Positions 52,631-64,000 of a stretch of 64,000 nt of DNA are shown one piece after another. Below the pieces are notes generated by a model. It saw nothing but the letters and a program-made list of their open reading frames with translations, was not told where the DNA came from and searched no databases. Within the stretch, counting starts at the first letter, position 1, and each line of letters starts with the position of its first letter. This DNA is from Balanoglossus misakiensis (taxonomy: Eukaryota > Animalia > Hemichordata): assembly GCA_040954595.2 (NCBI GenBank), contig CM082590.2, forward strand, positions 8,308,001 through 8,372,000, given 5' to 3'. A program made the translations under genes and the position numbers.

Positions 52631-55600
52631 CTTTCAAATTATTTGATAGAGATTTTTCCTTAATTGAGTATGTGCTATGCACAGCTGACTGTTACCCCTT
52701 TGTTTCCCAACAAACAGTTCTGAGCACAAACAAAAGGTCTTTTGTTTACATCTATAGAACCATGGGCCTTTAAATGGTTTTTAACATTAATATTAAGGGG
52801 GAACTGTCCTGATATAGGACATGGTCCAATATTTCACTGTTATACACTTTTATGTTCTGTTCCAGGCGTAGCAACACAGCGGCCACGCCCGGTGATGACA
52901 ATGGCATACAGCTACCAGTAGATGGGTTGGATGAGCCACAACTAGCAGGTAGATAGAAAAACTTCAACCCTCTTTTGCAAGAAAGATATATTAATCTACT
53001 GACAAGTACATGCAGGATACATGCACTCTATTTAAGACCATCACAGACGGCAAAGGAGTATTACATACTTAAAGATATATGGTCATCCCTAATTTACATA
53101 CGCCCATATATGTCAGAAATAGCGTATTTGAGCGTTCTAAAGAATATATGGTTGTGCTCTTTTGCGTGTGCCACCCTCTGAAAATCTGTGATTGGCTAGA
53201 TCTCATTTTGCCATGGTAACTGTAGCTATAGTTGCATAGGTGACTGTATACCTTTAATATATATTGAGATTGCTACTAAATTTCTCTCATTTTCTTGACA
53301 ACTGCATGATGCATGATAGTGCGGTGCTCACCAGTGAATTAAAATAATCAGCAGTTGGCCAGCTGTTAATCACCAACAGCTGGCTTGAGTCCAATCTCTG
53401 CATTGATAATCAGTCACAACTAGTGATTTCAATGTAGACCTGTTGAGATAAAATTTAAACCATAAGTTCAAAGTGTAAAGATGTAAAGTATAAAACATGC
53501 AGTTACATTGCTTTGCATACACTGCTTAACTGTGATGTTTTTATCAGCCATGTTTCAATGGTTTAATATCTGCAATAATTTTTGTGCCAATAATACAGGA
53601 AAGACTTGTGGCACCCATTTTTCATACAAAAATTATGTTCCAATCAATGACATATTATATTATACCAGTATATTGATGGTGTAAATCACGCTATTTGATT
53701 GGTCGAGACACGACACGTGACCGTGATATATTAGCCATATACCACAGTCATATATCATAGTTAAAGAAAATGCCTTTTTAAAATTTTTTATGCAAAGTTT
53801 CAATATACTGGCATAATATAATAGCAATAAAACACCCCCAGCCATGGTATACCACTCGATTTTGACCAGTTCAACTCCATATACGCACTCGCTATCGCTC
53901 GTGCGTATATGTCGTGAACTGGTCAAAATCTCGTGATATACCATGGCTGGGGGTGTTTTATTGCTTAATTAAAAGAACTATCACTAATTATGTCAGTTAA
54001 ATTTGACTTCAGTGAAAGCATCCCTTAATTTAGCCTACATTAAATGAATGAGATCAGATTGTTTGTACTCACCTTAAAAATGCCCCGGTGCTTTGAATCA
54101 CTGTGAATCATCGCGCAATTTCCAAGTATCGCGTGAACGTACGTACCGTCGCGAAAGATTTTCTTCATACGAGGCCGTATATGGGTATATATGACCCAAA
54201 AAGGGGCATATTGGGGTGTACTGTAAACACACACATACTGAGACAATTCCCACGCACACCGCTGGCTGACATTAGCAACACCAGCTTAGGGTTTTCATAC
54301 ACACAAAAAGTTTTTGTATTAAAAATAAATATCATGAACGGAAATAAGCAGGACACTCGCACGAAACGAGTGGTAAATAAAAATCGCAAAACGGGTAAAA
54401 ATAAACAAATGTTCACTCACTCACACACCAAGCGCATCGCTGCGTCGTTCTCCAGAATCTAGAGAAAATTATGCGCATGATTTTGTCTGCCGCGCGAAAA
54501 ACGCGCCACGAGAGAGTGTTGGTCGCAATTTTTTATGAAAGCCTGTTCTTCTGATTGGGTACGGACACGGTCCGTGCTTCTTGCAAGGCAAAAGGCAGAT
54601 CTTAAGACTGCTGAATAGATCAATTTTCCCACAGTTGCTGGGAAATTGCCTTGCATGATGCCACGGTCGAGTGTCCGTACCCAATCTGCGAAGACAGTAT
54701 GGTCCCAACCGCATGCGACTGATAACGTGCAGGAAAGCCTGTGTAATAGCAATTCAGTTCCCTTCTCGTACTACAAGAAATGAACTCGCGCAGGTGTCTC
54801 AAAACACAGCAGCACTGGCCGATTCTACCAAATCGCACTTGGACTTTTTCTCCCAAGTCTTCAACACACTCTGGTTCGCATCAATGCATGATGCTCGCAA
54901 GTATTTAGACCCACTTACTTTACCATTAATCAACTTGAAAGACCACAAGCAGTTGTACACACACAAGCACACAATCCACATGGCAATATAATCCACAGCA
55001 ATAATCCAATAGCAACAATCCCCATAGCAACAATCCCCATAGCAACACAATCCACATGGCAACATATCCAGAGAAAGATGACGGATGGATCTTTCCTCTT
55101 CAGCCTGCAGGATGGCAGGATCGATGCTCTTAATCTCACGAGCTCTGGTAGGGGTGCACGCCCATTCATATCCACTGCAATACAATTTCAATGTCGAATG
55201 TGAATAAGCTGTACTGTAAAACGGGACATTTTCGCAAACGATAAATTTTCGTGACCTACGCGAGAGCCAAAATACTGCGAAAAATAAAAAATTGTGTAAA
55301 GATGTTTTTAGGAGATAACGATGTTTTAGTGAGTAGAACAAGAAACAGTAGTTGTTGAATGGAATAAAAATGGCAAAATAATCATTACTTGTCTCTTGGA
55401 TATGGTAATACACTTACCTTTAACAACTGGACCAGACTTGACGCCATTTAGCAATATAAGCACTTCATTTAATTTAAATGGCAGCCCCTGGAAATTATGA
55501 ATAAAATCATTTATGAACGTTTTAGTTTATTCAACAAAAGCAGTCTGTCCAGCTATATATTGCCACCAGTAATAACATATTGTTTTTAACCCTTTCACAC

Positions 55601-58528
55601 AATGGTTTGGTCCAGATCCTATTGTTTTCAATAGCAAAGCTGGACCTTAATACAGCGAAATGGGGTAGAAGGGTTAATGATTCAGTACATACCATTGGAA
55701 GTTGAGTCCGGAAGTTGTTGAGTGGGCTGGGCGTGTAACAAACATCACTCTCATATAAAGTGTCTGTAAAAACAAAACAAAACAGCAATTATTGTATGTT
55801 CTTTGAGATTCTTTACCCTTTTCACCATCATGGTTTGGTCCAACTCCATTGTTCTCAATGGCAGAGATGGACCTATATACAGAGAAATAGGGATGAAAGT
55901 ACACCTCCATTGAGATTTTCATTTAAGCTCCCATAGTATGGAATTCTTGTCATTTTTTGTACCTTGAAATATCTTCTAAATGTCTTCAATATTCTTTGGT
56001 GTACCGGTAGATCCTCTGCAAAAGGCCCAAGTGTTAGATCTTCTCTGTGTACACAGAACTGTTAACTGCAAGAAAAAAAGAAAGAAAAAAATTAGACGTG
56101 TTTGCCCCTTTAAACCTTTCACCCCCATTTCCCTCTTTATAGGTTCAACTTACCATAAAGAACAATTGATTTGGACCAAACCATTGTGGTGAAGGGGTTA
56201 AGCCATTGGAACTTACTTCACTTTTCTCACAGTTATATCAACAATAATATCAAAAGCTAATACAGTGACCTCTAAATATTACAGATTTCAATCAATTTGA
56301 CAGAGGTTTGGAATTTTGAAATCAGCAGTTAAAGAAATTACAATTCTTTTATTACTACTAAAATTGTTTGATAGAAAGATTTACAGTAATGTGCATCATT
56401 TTGCTGGATTTACCTTAAATTCTTAGCTGTGTCTGCAACCTCTTCATGCAGGGCTCTCTTGCAAATCTTCCCAACAAGTTTGAAAATATCAGTTTAAGAT
56501 CAGGAAACAACAAGATATCCACCATGCAACAGTGCACTAGTGTGCAGGATGGCTTTAAAAAGAAAACGAAAAAAATATTAATCATGGATGAAAATCATTT
56601 GTTGTTTCTAAAATATTATTTAGGTGTGATTATGAATCAAGACAAATCACTAACAAATCAATCAAAAACAATTCCCAATCGCACTTACCCTTGTTGCCCC
56701 CCCCCTCCCTTTATCAAAAGTGATACACAACTATACAGAGTGCAGTGATGCAATAAAACATCATTTCAGTCATGCTACTTTTATTATGTCGATATCGCGT
56801 GCATATGCGCCTCTTTCTATTTATTTATTTGCGCCTTGTTCACAATAGTGACTAAGCTTGGAAAAAGGATCGAAAAGGTACGATACACAATCATGTTCTA
56901 CGCTTCCGACAACGGGGAAAAGAGGTAACTTTTTATGACAAACGGCGAAAGAACACCGTGGGTTCAGTAAGGCACTAGGTGTACATAACAAGGATGTCAA
57001 TTTCCTAGTTTTGACCAGTGTTGTTCATGAATGGATTCTAATATTAAGAGAACTTAATAGAAAACTGTGATTTCTTTTCAAAAGGAGGGACTAGAAAATT
57101 AAGCATAGAGTGCTGAAGAGGAACTTTTCTCATCCTTAGTTACGCCAATAGATGACCCTTCCCCGCGGCCCACGCCCCCTTCAAGTAAAACCACGTGCTC
57201 ATTGCAAGAAAATTGTAAACAGCAACTCTTCAAACTCTAGCAAAATGCCCCAAAACCTACCTTGTTCCTCTAAAAACATGATGTAGAGATGGGGGAACAC
57301 TCGCACAATGTTTTGAACACTCCAATACATCATCCTTTCGACAAAAACTGACATTTCCACGACCATCTTTCCACATTTGACATTAACAAACCGTGGATGC
57401 GTCGCATCGTCTGTCAAATATGCAAATAGCCATGAGGTAATTTTGACCTGCTCCGTAATCGAGGATTTCGTAGTTTTTTGCTCCAGTTGAACAACCCCCA
57501 TTGGCAGAAACATACCTGGTAACAAATGTGATTCCTCTATCAGTATTCTGCTACCGACGACTTCTGTTTTTCAAGGAAAAAACTTTCCTTTGAGGTCACG
57601 AAGACAATGGCGGTGCTTTGTTCATATTTCATCCTCTCAACTTTATTCTCACTAACTTAGGTAGTCTGCTCCGTCAACCATTTTTGGGAAATATTAGCAT
57701 AAATATATAATATTTTCAAACTTAAATGTTCAAAAGGAGAGAAATAAATACGCGAATAACAACTCCAGAAAACGCCAAAAACAGTTTAAGGATTCCCTTC
57801 AATAAAATAGTGTATTTATCAGTCAAAATACATCATGTGAATTTACCGACGGAATAATCCAGGCCAGCCATAGCGGGCGCTGTTCAACATTAATCTTCCC
57901 ATGTTCATGAATGATGTTTTATTTATTTATTTATTTAATTATTTATTGCCGTCAGTGATTTTAACTTTGAGTCAAAGAAGCTTGTGTTCGCAAGTTTGTT
58001 ATTGGTAAAATTAGTAATAATGTATATGATAATTTTCTTGGTTATTATTCAGAAGGTGAGGCCGAGACTTCCTTCTCCACATTCCAACCCAAAACCAACT
58101 CCGCCGACGACGTTTCCCTGCCTCCACCCCCGCCACCTGACGGAAGCGAACCCGGTGACGACCCTCTCCTGACATCGCCGCTTGATATTAACGACGTCGG
58201 ACCCGATTCCTTCGTGATGTCACTACCGGACGTCGAAGCTGACCTGGAGGACGCAGGTGACCATGGCAACAGCGCGGGTGGTGCCAAAGAGGAAAGTCAA
58301 GCGAACACTGGGGGCGCAGCTGTCACGGCACCAGATAGTGAACCGAGGGAGAAAGATGGTGCAGGTGATGATTCTGAGATCAGCAAAGAAGGCGAAGCAA
58401 AGCCCGGCCAGGCTGAGATGTCAGCCGACAACAACGCAACTTATTCTCCAGTTATAGAAGGTCCAACGAGCTCGGAGGTACCACCCGAATCCGACCCCTC
58501 AGCTGATAACCTTGAGACGTCAGTTTGA
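46802..58528 (+). CDS. Receptor D: shortened EMI + EGF repeats, TM, long acidic tail with polyPro and C-terminal ETSV (~1152 aa)
   Basis: Exons 46802-46971, 47260-47369 (CCDGW), 47872-48357, 48596-49081, 49318-50055, 50350-50944, 51530-51633, 52036-52246 (TM), 52866-52948, 58053-58528. Total 3459 nt in frame. The last exon is assigned by phase and by the EAETSFSTF motif shared with the last exons of B and C. Confidence 0.85.
47434..47793. mobile_element. MITE family 3 copy with internal tandem duplication
   Basis: Reverse complement of 38830-39064. The TAGACTGGG...GGGGACACCCACGCGGC block occurs twice (~47530 and ~47661). Confidence 0.7.
52312..52395. mobile_element. ~84-bp piggyBac-like MITE (family 6)
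   Basis: ttaa-CCCTTTCACC...GGTGAAAGGG-ttaa. Related copies at 55590-55673, ~55816-55899, ~56114-56197, ~44078-44160 and ~23568-23645. Confidence 0.7.
52494..52631. repeat. (ATC)n/(ACC)n microsatellite
   Basis: Direct reading. Confidence 0.95.
53073..53253. mobile_element. Kolobok-like MITE family 1 copy
   Basis: TTAA on both sides; imperfect TIRs AGATATATGGTCA / TGACTGTATACCT. Confidence 0.6.
53823..53965. repeat. Long imperfect hairpin (~65-bp arms), probable transposon-derived foldback
   Basis: AGCAATAAAACACCCCCAGCCATGGTAT...TATACGCAC-loop-GTGCGTATA...ATACCATGGCTGGGGGTGTTTTATTGCT. Confidence 0.75.
54919..57410 (-). ncRNA. Putative nested antisense multi-exon transcript (lncRNA, pseudogene or small-ORF gene) in the last intron of receptor D
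   Basis: Series of minus-strand AG/GT-bounded segments: 57410-57261, 56552-56414, 56256-56217, 56065-55963, 55763-55693, 55487-55418, 55174-54919. Most have polypyrimidine acceptors. No long continuous ORF. Confidence 0.35.
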
Positions 58529-59776
58529 TCAACTTTATAGCAACATAGCAGTAAATACTTTTTATTCTACAAATGAAATAGGCCTACCCCTTGCCCCATA
58601 GTAAAGTAACCGCATTATGACAGAATTATTACGGAAAACATTCTGAAATATTGCCAGACAGCTTATTAGAAAATACAGTCACTTGTGCATGGCAACAGGA
58701 CAACAAGACGGTGAAATAAAATGTCTGACGACTGCGCTTTATTATTTAATCATGCAATAAAATAAGCAGACAGACGATTGACCATTGTCGTAGGTATCCA
58801 CAGAATTTTAATTAAACACAATAGTGCCTAGATTGTATTCTTTTTAGCGTGACAATTTTTTTGGAATTTATCGGTTTATATTAGACCAGGTGACATTTTA
58901 TATAAGGATACAGAAATCGCCATTTTGTCGTTCGGGACAAGCAAAGAATGTACGATGTGAGGTATAGTCACTTCAAAATATCTCAGTGTTTTAATTCTGT
59001 ATGCAAAGCCGCTTTTCTTGATAAAGTATATACGTGAAGATTTTTTATCTGGAAGAGGCTGAATTAAATAAAAGCTTGAGCTTGGTGCCGAGAACATGTT
59101 GTGTTAATGTTGTCCATTTTACAGAGCATATTGGGATGTATGCGCAGCGCCCTGCAAGTCCTAATATGAGCTATATATAACTATACAATCGATCAATGGC
59201 ATATATATGTACAGTGAACCTCAAAGTAAGAGGAGTCATGTTAGCTCATATCGAACGGTCTCGCATTGATAGGTAAAATTTTCTAATCACGTTGCACTGT
59301 CATTTAAGCTGATTGGTATTCATAGCAATATCTCTGGAGATAATTGTACTTTTAAGTAAATTGAGTTAACGACATACTGAAGTATGTTAAAATTGAGTAT
59401 AAATGTCACATATATAAACGCACACTAGATAGACACACACACGTACCTAGTGTATATATACATGCACACACACATACATACACACACGCACACACTGTAC
59501 ACACGGTAGTCACAGTTCAAGAGTGCATACACCGGGGAATGCCGTGGCAAGAGTCACGAAATGATCGATTGACGTCACTGTTTGCACAGGTAAGTGACAC
59601 CCACTTAAATATGCTAATGAGCGACTGAAAGTGAGGCGAAACGACGCAGCTCACAGATGTGCGATATATGTACATATATATATGTGATAGTCGACCAGCC
59701 CGCTTAATGAATTGAATTCCTTAATAACACTTTCATCAGCAAGATGACGAGATCGTGAAATGAGATTATTGAGGTG

Positions 59777-61470
59777 ATGTGGGAACGGCTTTGGACGATG
59801 GACGCTCTCGTTTCGAGCGTTGGTGAAATTACTGAGCGGCGCAGCGGTGGTGCGGCGACAGGCTTAGGCCTACACACAAACACGTGGCAGACCCTCGTAG
59901 GATTTTTCATGTGGATTCAGTTGTTCAGTGTGTCTATGGCACAGTTGGATCCGGACGGTGATCACATCTGCAAGGATCTGAACACGGGGTAAAGTACAAG
60001 GAAAACAGTTTGAGATGCACAGAACGAATTTACTGACCATTGATTTCCTCATCAGTACATCATTTCTGTGCATCTCAATCTGTTTGTATTATACATATCT
60101 TGACATGTTAAAGAGGCTTAAACATAGGCGTACATACATTGAATGACGAACGAACGCGCCTTTGTCGCGTTTCATCATAACCTTGGCAACGAAACCAGCC
60201 CGCGTCGAAATATACATTTATTCCAAATCCTTAATACTTGACAACACATGTTGTGCGCATAATACATTCCGATAAAACGCCAAGGTTACTATGGACAACG
60301 CTTTGTGGCTAGTGCCCTTAATTGCAGTTGCTCTCAAAAACTCACAAAGGCACTGTTACTCAAGTAGATGTATATTCGCTCCACGCATCAGTGGTACTGA
60401 ACACTCGCTGACTGTAACTACCCAAAAATTTCATTGCAAAGAATCTGTTTATTCATATACAGTGCTCTATTCTAGACCTAGCTTTGCATATATGGTTTAC
60501 TGTATTCAGTCAGTGGTATGTTATATATTGCTATTGTGAACAGAAATCCTAGTCGCCCGTTACCATGGTGAAGGTGACATCTGAAACGCTGTGAGGCCCA
60601 CAGGAGCAGCTGACCTCAAAGTTTTCCCTCGGGTCGGATTTCATGAATACCGTTGGGGGGAAATAAATAGTGTCTGGTACCGGTTACATTGTATACACGG
60701 GTTAAGCCTGCACAGTATGACACCAACTGACGCTTTGGAAGAATAATCCCTCTGCGTCACGTGACCTTTTACAGCAAAATGACACGCGTGCCTTCACGTG
60801 GTGTCGATGACGTCCACGTCTCTCTGGTGGAAATTTGTTCTATTTATAAAATGAAGACAGTTATGTACGTGATATATCTCGTCAAGGGGGCGTTCGTGGA
60901 ACAGCAGGCGAGGGATCAGAGAAAATGTCTGAATACCTGAATTTCTGATACAAGCGCGACCCCCCTGCTAGCTTATGAACGCACCCTAAATATCTGTAAT
61001 ATGCTCTCTTATATCCTGTTATTGCTGATCGTGTTACTGTGGTATTTGTATGCCACCGAAGACATGAAACAGCGTAGAACATTGTGTTATCTGTACCCGT
61101 GTACACTGAAGATGACGCGTAACACCAGTAGCGTTTGCGACGTCGCAGATCGTGTAAGGGAGGGCCACACACAGTTATCATCACACAAGAAACCACAGTT
61201 TATGCTCAAAAAAGTCAAAACCACTACCCAGCGTACCACTCCTCTGCAAACAACGATTATAAGTTATGAAACGATGGACTATTAATCATGAAAGATGAAC
61301 TGACTAATGGAGGGACGTATATCATTAATGTAAATATAGCCACTGCAAATTCCTCGCTAATTACTATTAGTGCTATGTCATTTGCGTCCGGGTGCGTGTT
61401 TGGCATACGGAATGGATTTGGTTCAGTTCAGATAATTAAAGTTGCCCAAGTTACACGTAATATTAGACTC

Positions 61471-61538
<68 letters not shown>

Positions 61539-63725
61539 CTCTATCTATCTCTGTATGAAGATATGTCTTACATTCATTTTGTGCGCAGGAAAATATAAAT
61601 GATGTTTTCATGTTGTTTTACAGGGTTTACAGATGTTGCGACGGGTTTTATCCTCGTGGCGAAACGTGTGTAGGTAAGTTTGTTGTTGACGCCCTCAAAG
61701 TTCAACTTGCAATTTAAAATATCAGTGGCGTGGATGGCGCTCTAACAGTAGTACATAGTAATGTATATGAAACGGTTGAAAAAATCGAAGAGGGGATACA
61801 AAGTCCTCTCTCACGCAGATAAGTGATAAACTATGATAAAATTAAATTATTCATTCCAACCACGTGTCATCGACGATGACTGAAATTCTTAATGACTTTA
61901 GCTTCATTGGAAATTCCCTTCGAATGATATATACAAGTTTTTACAGACTTCAGTCTAGTTTCTCATAAATCTTACTCCTCCGCACATAACAGTGGGACCT
62001 TTGTACACACACGCAAAACCAGGTCGCCAATCCACGCCCACGTGCGATCACCAGGAATTCCTGTTTATTAAAATTTCTGTGCCTGTGCATATAGTTACGT
62101 AGCTACTATGGAATTCTGACCGCAGTTGATTGCTTCAGGGAAGTCTGTCGACCTGACAACTTTACCACCCCCGAGCGTGGGCGTTCGGTAAATAAGTCGG
62201 TTAATACCGCCTGTTAAAACATGATGGGTTTTAATATTGGCTTGGATCCAGCAAGTATACTAAGATGCTCACATACACATACATATATACATACGTACGT
62301 ACATACATACATACATACATACATACATACATACATACATACATACATACATACATACATACATACATACATACATACATACATACATACATACATACAT
62401 ACATACATACATACATACATACATACAATGCATACATACAATGCATACATACATACATACAATGCATACATACATACATACATACATACATACATACATA
62501 CATACATACATACATACATACATACATACATACATACATACATACATACATACATTCACAGACATACAGACAGACAGACAGATGTGCACAGTTCGAGTTA
62601 TACATCAATTAATCTACCTTGGAAAAAACTTATTTGAGAACTTTCAATAACTTTGTTTTTCAGAGTGTTCAGCTGGTTGGTACGGCAGTGAATGTCGTCA
62701 GAAGTGCGACTGCTACAATGGGGCAAAGTGTAATGGCGTCACAGGTGTGTGCGCGTGCACGGAGTTCTGGGAGGGCCCACAGTGCACCAGGTGCAGGGTG
62801 GTGCCCCACATGGCCTACTGTCGCGTCACGTGCCTGAACTGCTACAACGCTGACATCTGCGAGCCCCCCAGGGGCGACTGCCAGTGCTCCGTCGGTTGGC
62901 ATGGCGACTACTGCGACCAGCCTTGCCAGGGCGCCTCCTACGGCAACGACTGCGGGAACTGGTGCAACCCTGGTTGGCAGGGACCGAATTGCTCTGAACC
63001 CTGCCCGAGTGGTTACTATGGAAACGGATGCGTCCAGTGCCCCGCATGCGTCCACGGTGTCTGCGATCAGGTATCTGGATGTCTGTGTGACCCTGGATAC
63101 ATCGGTGAAACGTAGGTCAACTTAGACATGACGATACACTTTTTAAACCCTCTTTAAAGGGACAAAGTCTCTCTCTCGCTGCCCTTTTTCCATTAATTAT
63201 GTTTGATACAAGACACCGTTTATGTTATTCTACATGTGGATATATAGTGAATCAACGTTCAATCAAGAACGTTAATTTTGGGAACCTACCCTTGCTTCGA
63301 AAGAGATCCTTAATTATATATTATTTGAAATGTAGGTTTCCGTCTAAGGGTGAAAACTTATACAGTTTTATCAAATCATTCAAAAAGTGCCGAGTCATCG
63401 CTTTTCCACTCAAGGTTCCTATTAAGAAAGGTTTGAAATACAGGTACGTGCGTGTAACTAGGGGCAACAGAAGCCCGGATGTGACATGCTGTAGACAACC
63501 TACTCTGCACCATCTGCCTACAACCCCCCCTCCCCAATCAAATGGTTCTCTCCTATGATAATGGCGTCTGTCTTTCCAGGTGTGAGAAGATGTGCCCGGA
63601 ATACTCTTACGGGGGAAACTGCTTGTATCAGTGCGCGTGCGTCAATGATGGAGAATGTGACCCTGTCTCGGGCAACTGTACCTGCAAAGAGTCCTATTCA
63701 GGAACGTACTGCCAGTTTCTTTCAG
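59777..63725 (+). CDS. Receptor E (5' part, runs off the window): minimal EMI + EGF repeats
   Basis: Exons 59777-59988 (hydrophobic leader + LDPDGDHIC), 61624-61673 (VYRCCDGFYPRGETCV), 62664-63111, 63580-63725 (G|GTATG). Phases are compatible; the TM exon is not in the window. Confidence 0.8.
61470..61552. repeat. (CT)n/(CTAT)n microsatellite
   Basis: Direct reading. Confidence 0.95.
62271..62582. repeat. (CATA)n microsatellite
   Basis: Direct reading. Confidence 0.98.
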
Positions 63726-64000
63726 GTATGAATAAATTATCCTGGTATCGGAATTCTGCCTACGTCATACAGTGTGCGTGCGTGCGCAAGAGATTCTTGT
63801 TCTTATATACATCATATAGATTTTTCTATTCATCACGAAGGCTGACTTTTCAGAATTCTGATCGTGAATATAGCCTTCATACGTGAAACAACTAATCTTG
63901 TTGTCGGTAAACGATTTTTAGTCCGGACTTGAATTTAATTCTCAACAATAACAATGCCAATGAACACAGATAGGCTATGTTGCTAAGCAACCTCCAAGGT

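Noticed and set aside
57606-57660. Signal-peptide-like MAVLCSYFILSTLFSLT
   Set aside because: In-frame TAG precedes the GT, and no compatible downstream exon.

Overview
Intron-rich, AT-rich eukaryotic (metazoan, most likely marine invertebrate deuterostome-type) genomic DNA with no prokaryotic features. By hand-splicing GT-AG exons and checking phases, I recover a compact cluster of eight genes that looks like an innate-recognition/engulfment locus. Five are co-oriented Draper/CED-1/MEGF10-11-like type I receptors (A ~10.4-16.9 kb, B 23.1-30.8 kb, C 35.8-39.4 kb, D 46.8-58.5 kb, E 59.8 kb to window end). They are interleaved with a secreted four-pentraxin-domain protein (18.1-22.1 kb), a secreted two-PAN/Apple-domain protein (32.2-34.0 kb) and a minus-strand somatomedin-B/Cys-rich class-B-like 7TM receptor (40.4-43.3 kb). 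The receptors differ systematically: EMI tip full, shortened, minimal or absent; EGF stalk length; and cytoplasmic tail (ITAM-like in A, Tyr-poor acidic in B/C, polyPro plus PDZ ligand in D). There are signs of exon-limited gene conversion, cassette exons, a possible soluble isoform and a nested antisense spliced unit. Introns carry several MITE families and long microsatellites. The first ~10 kb is largely unexplained repeat-like or intergenic DNA. All gene models are manual predictions without transcript evidence.
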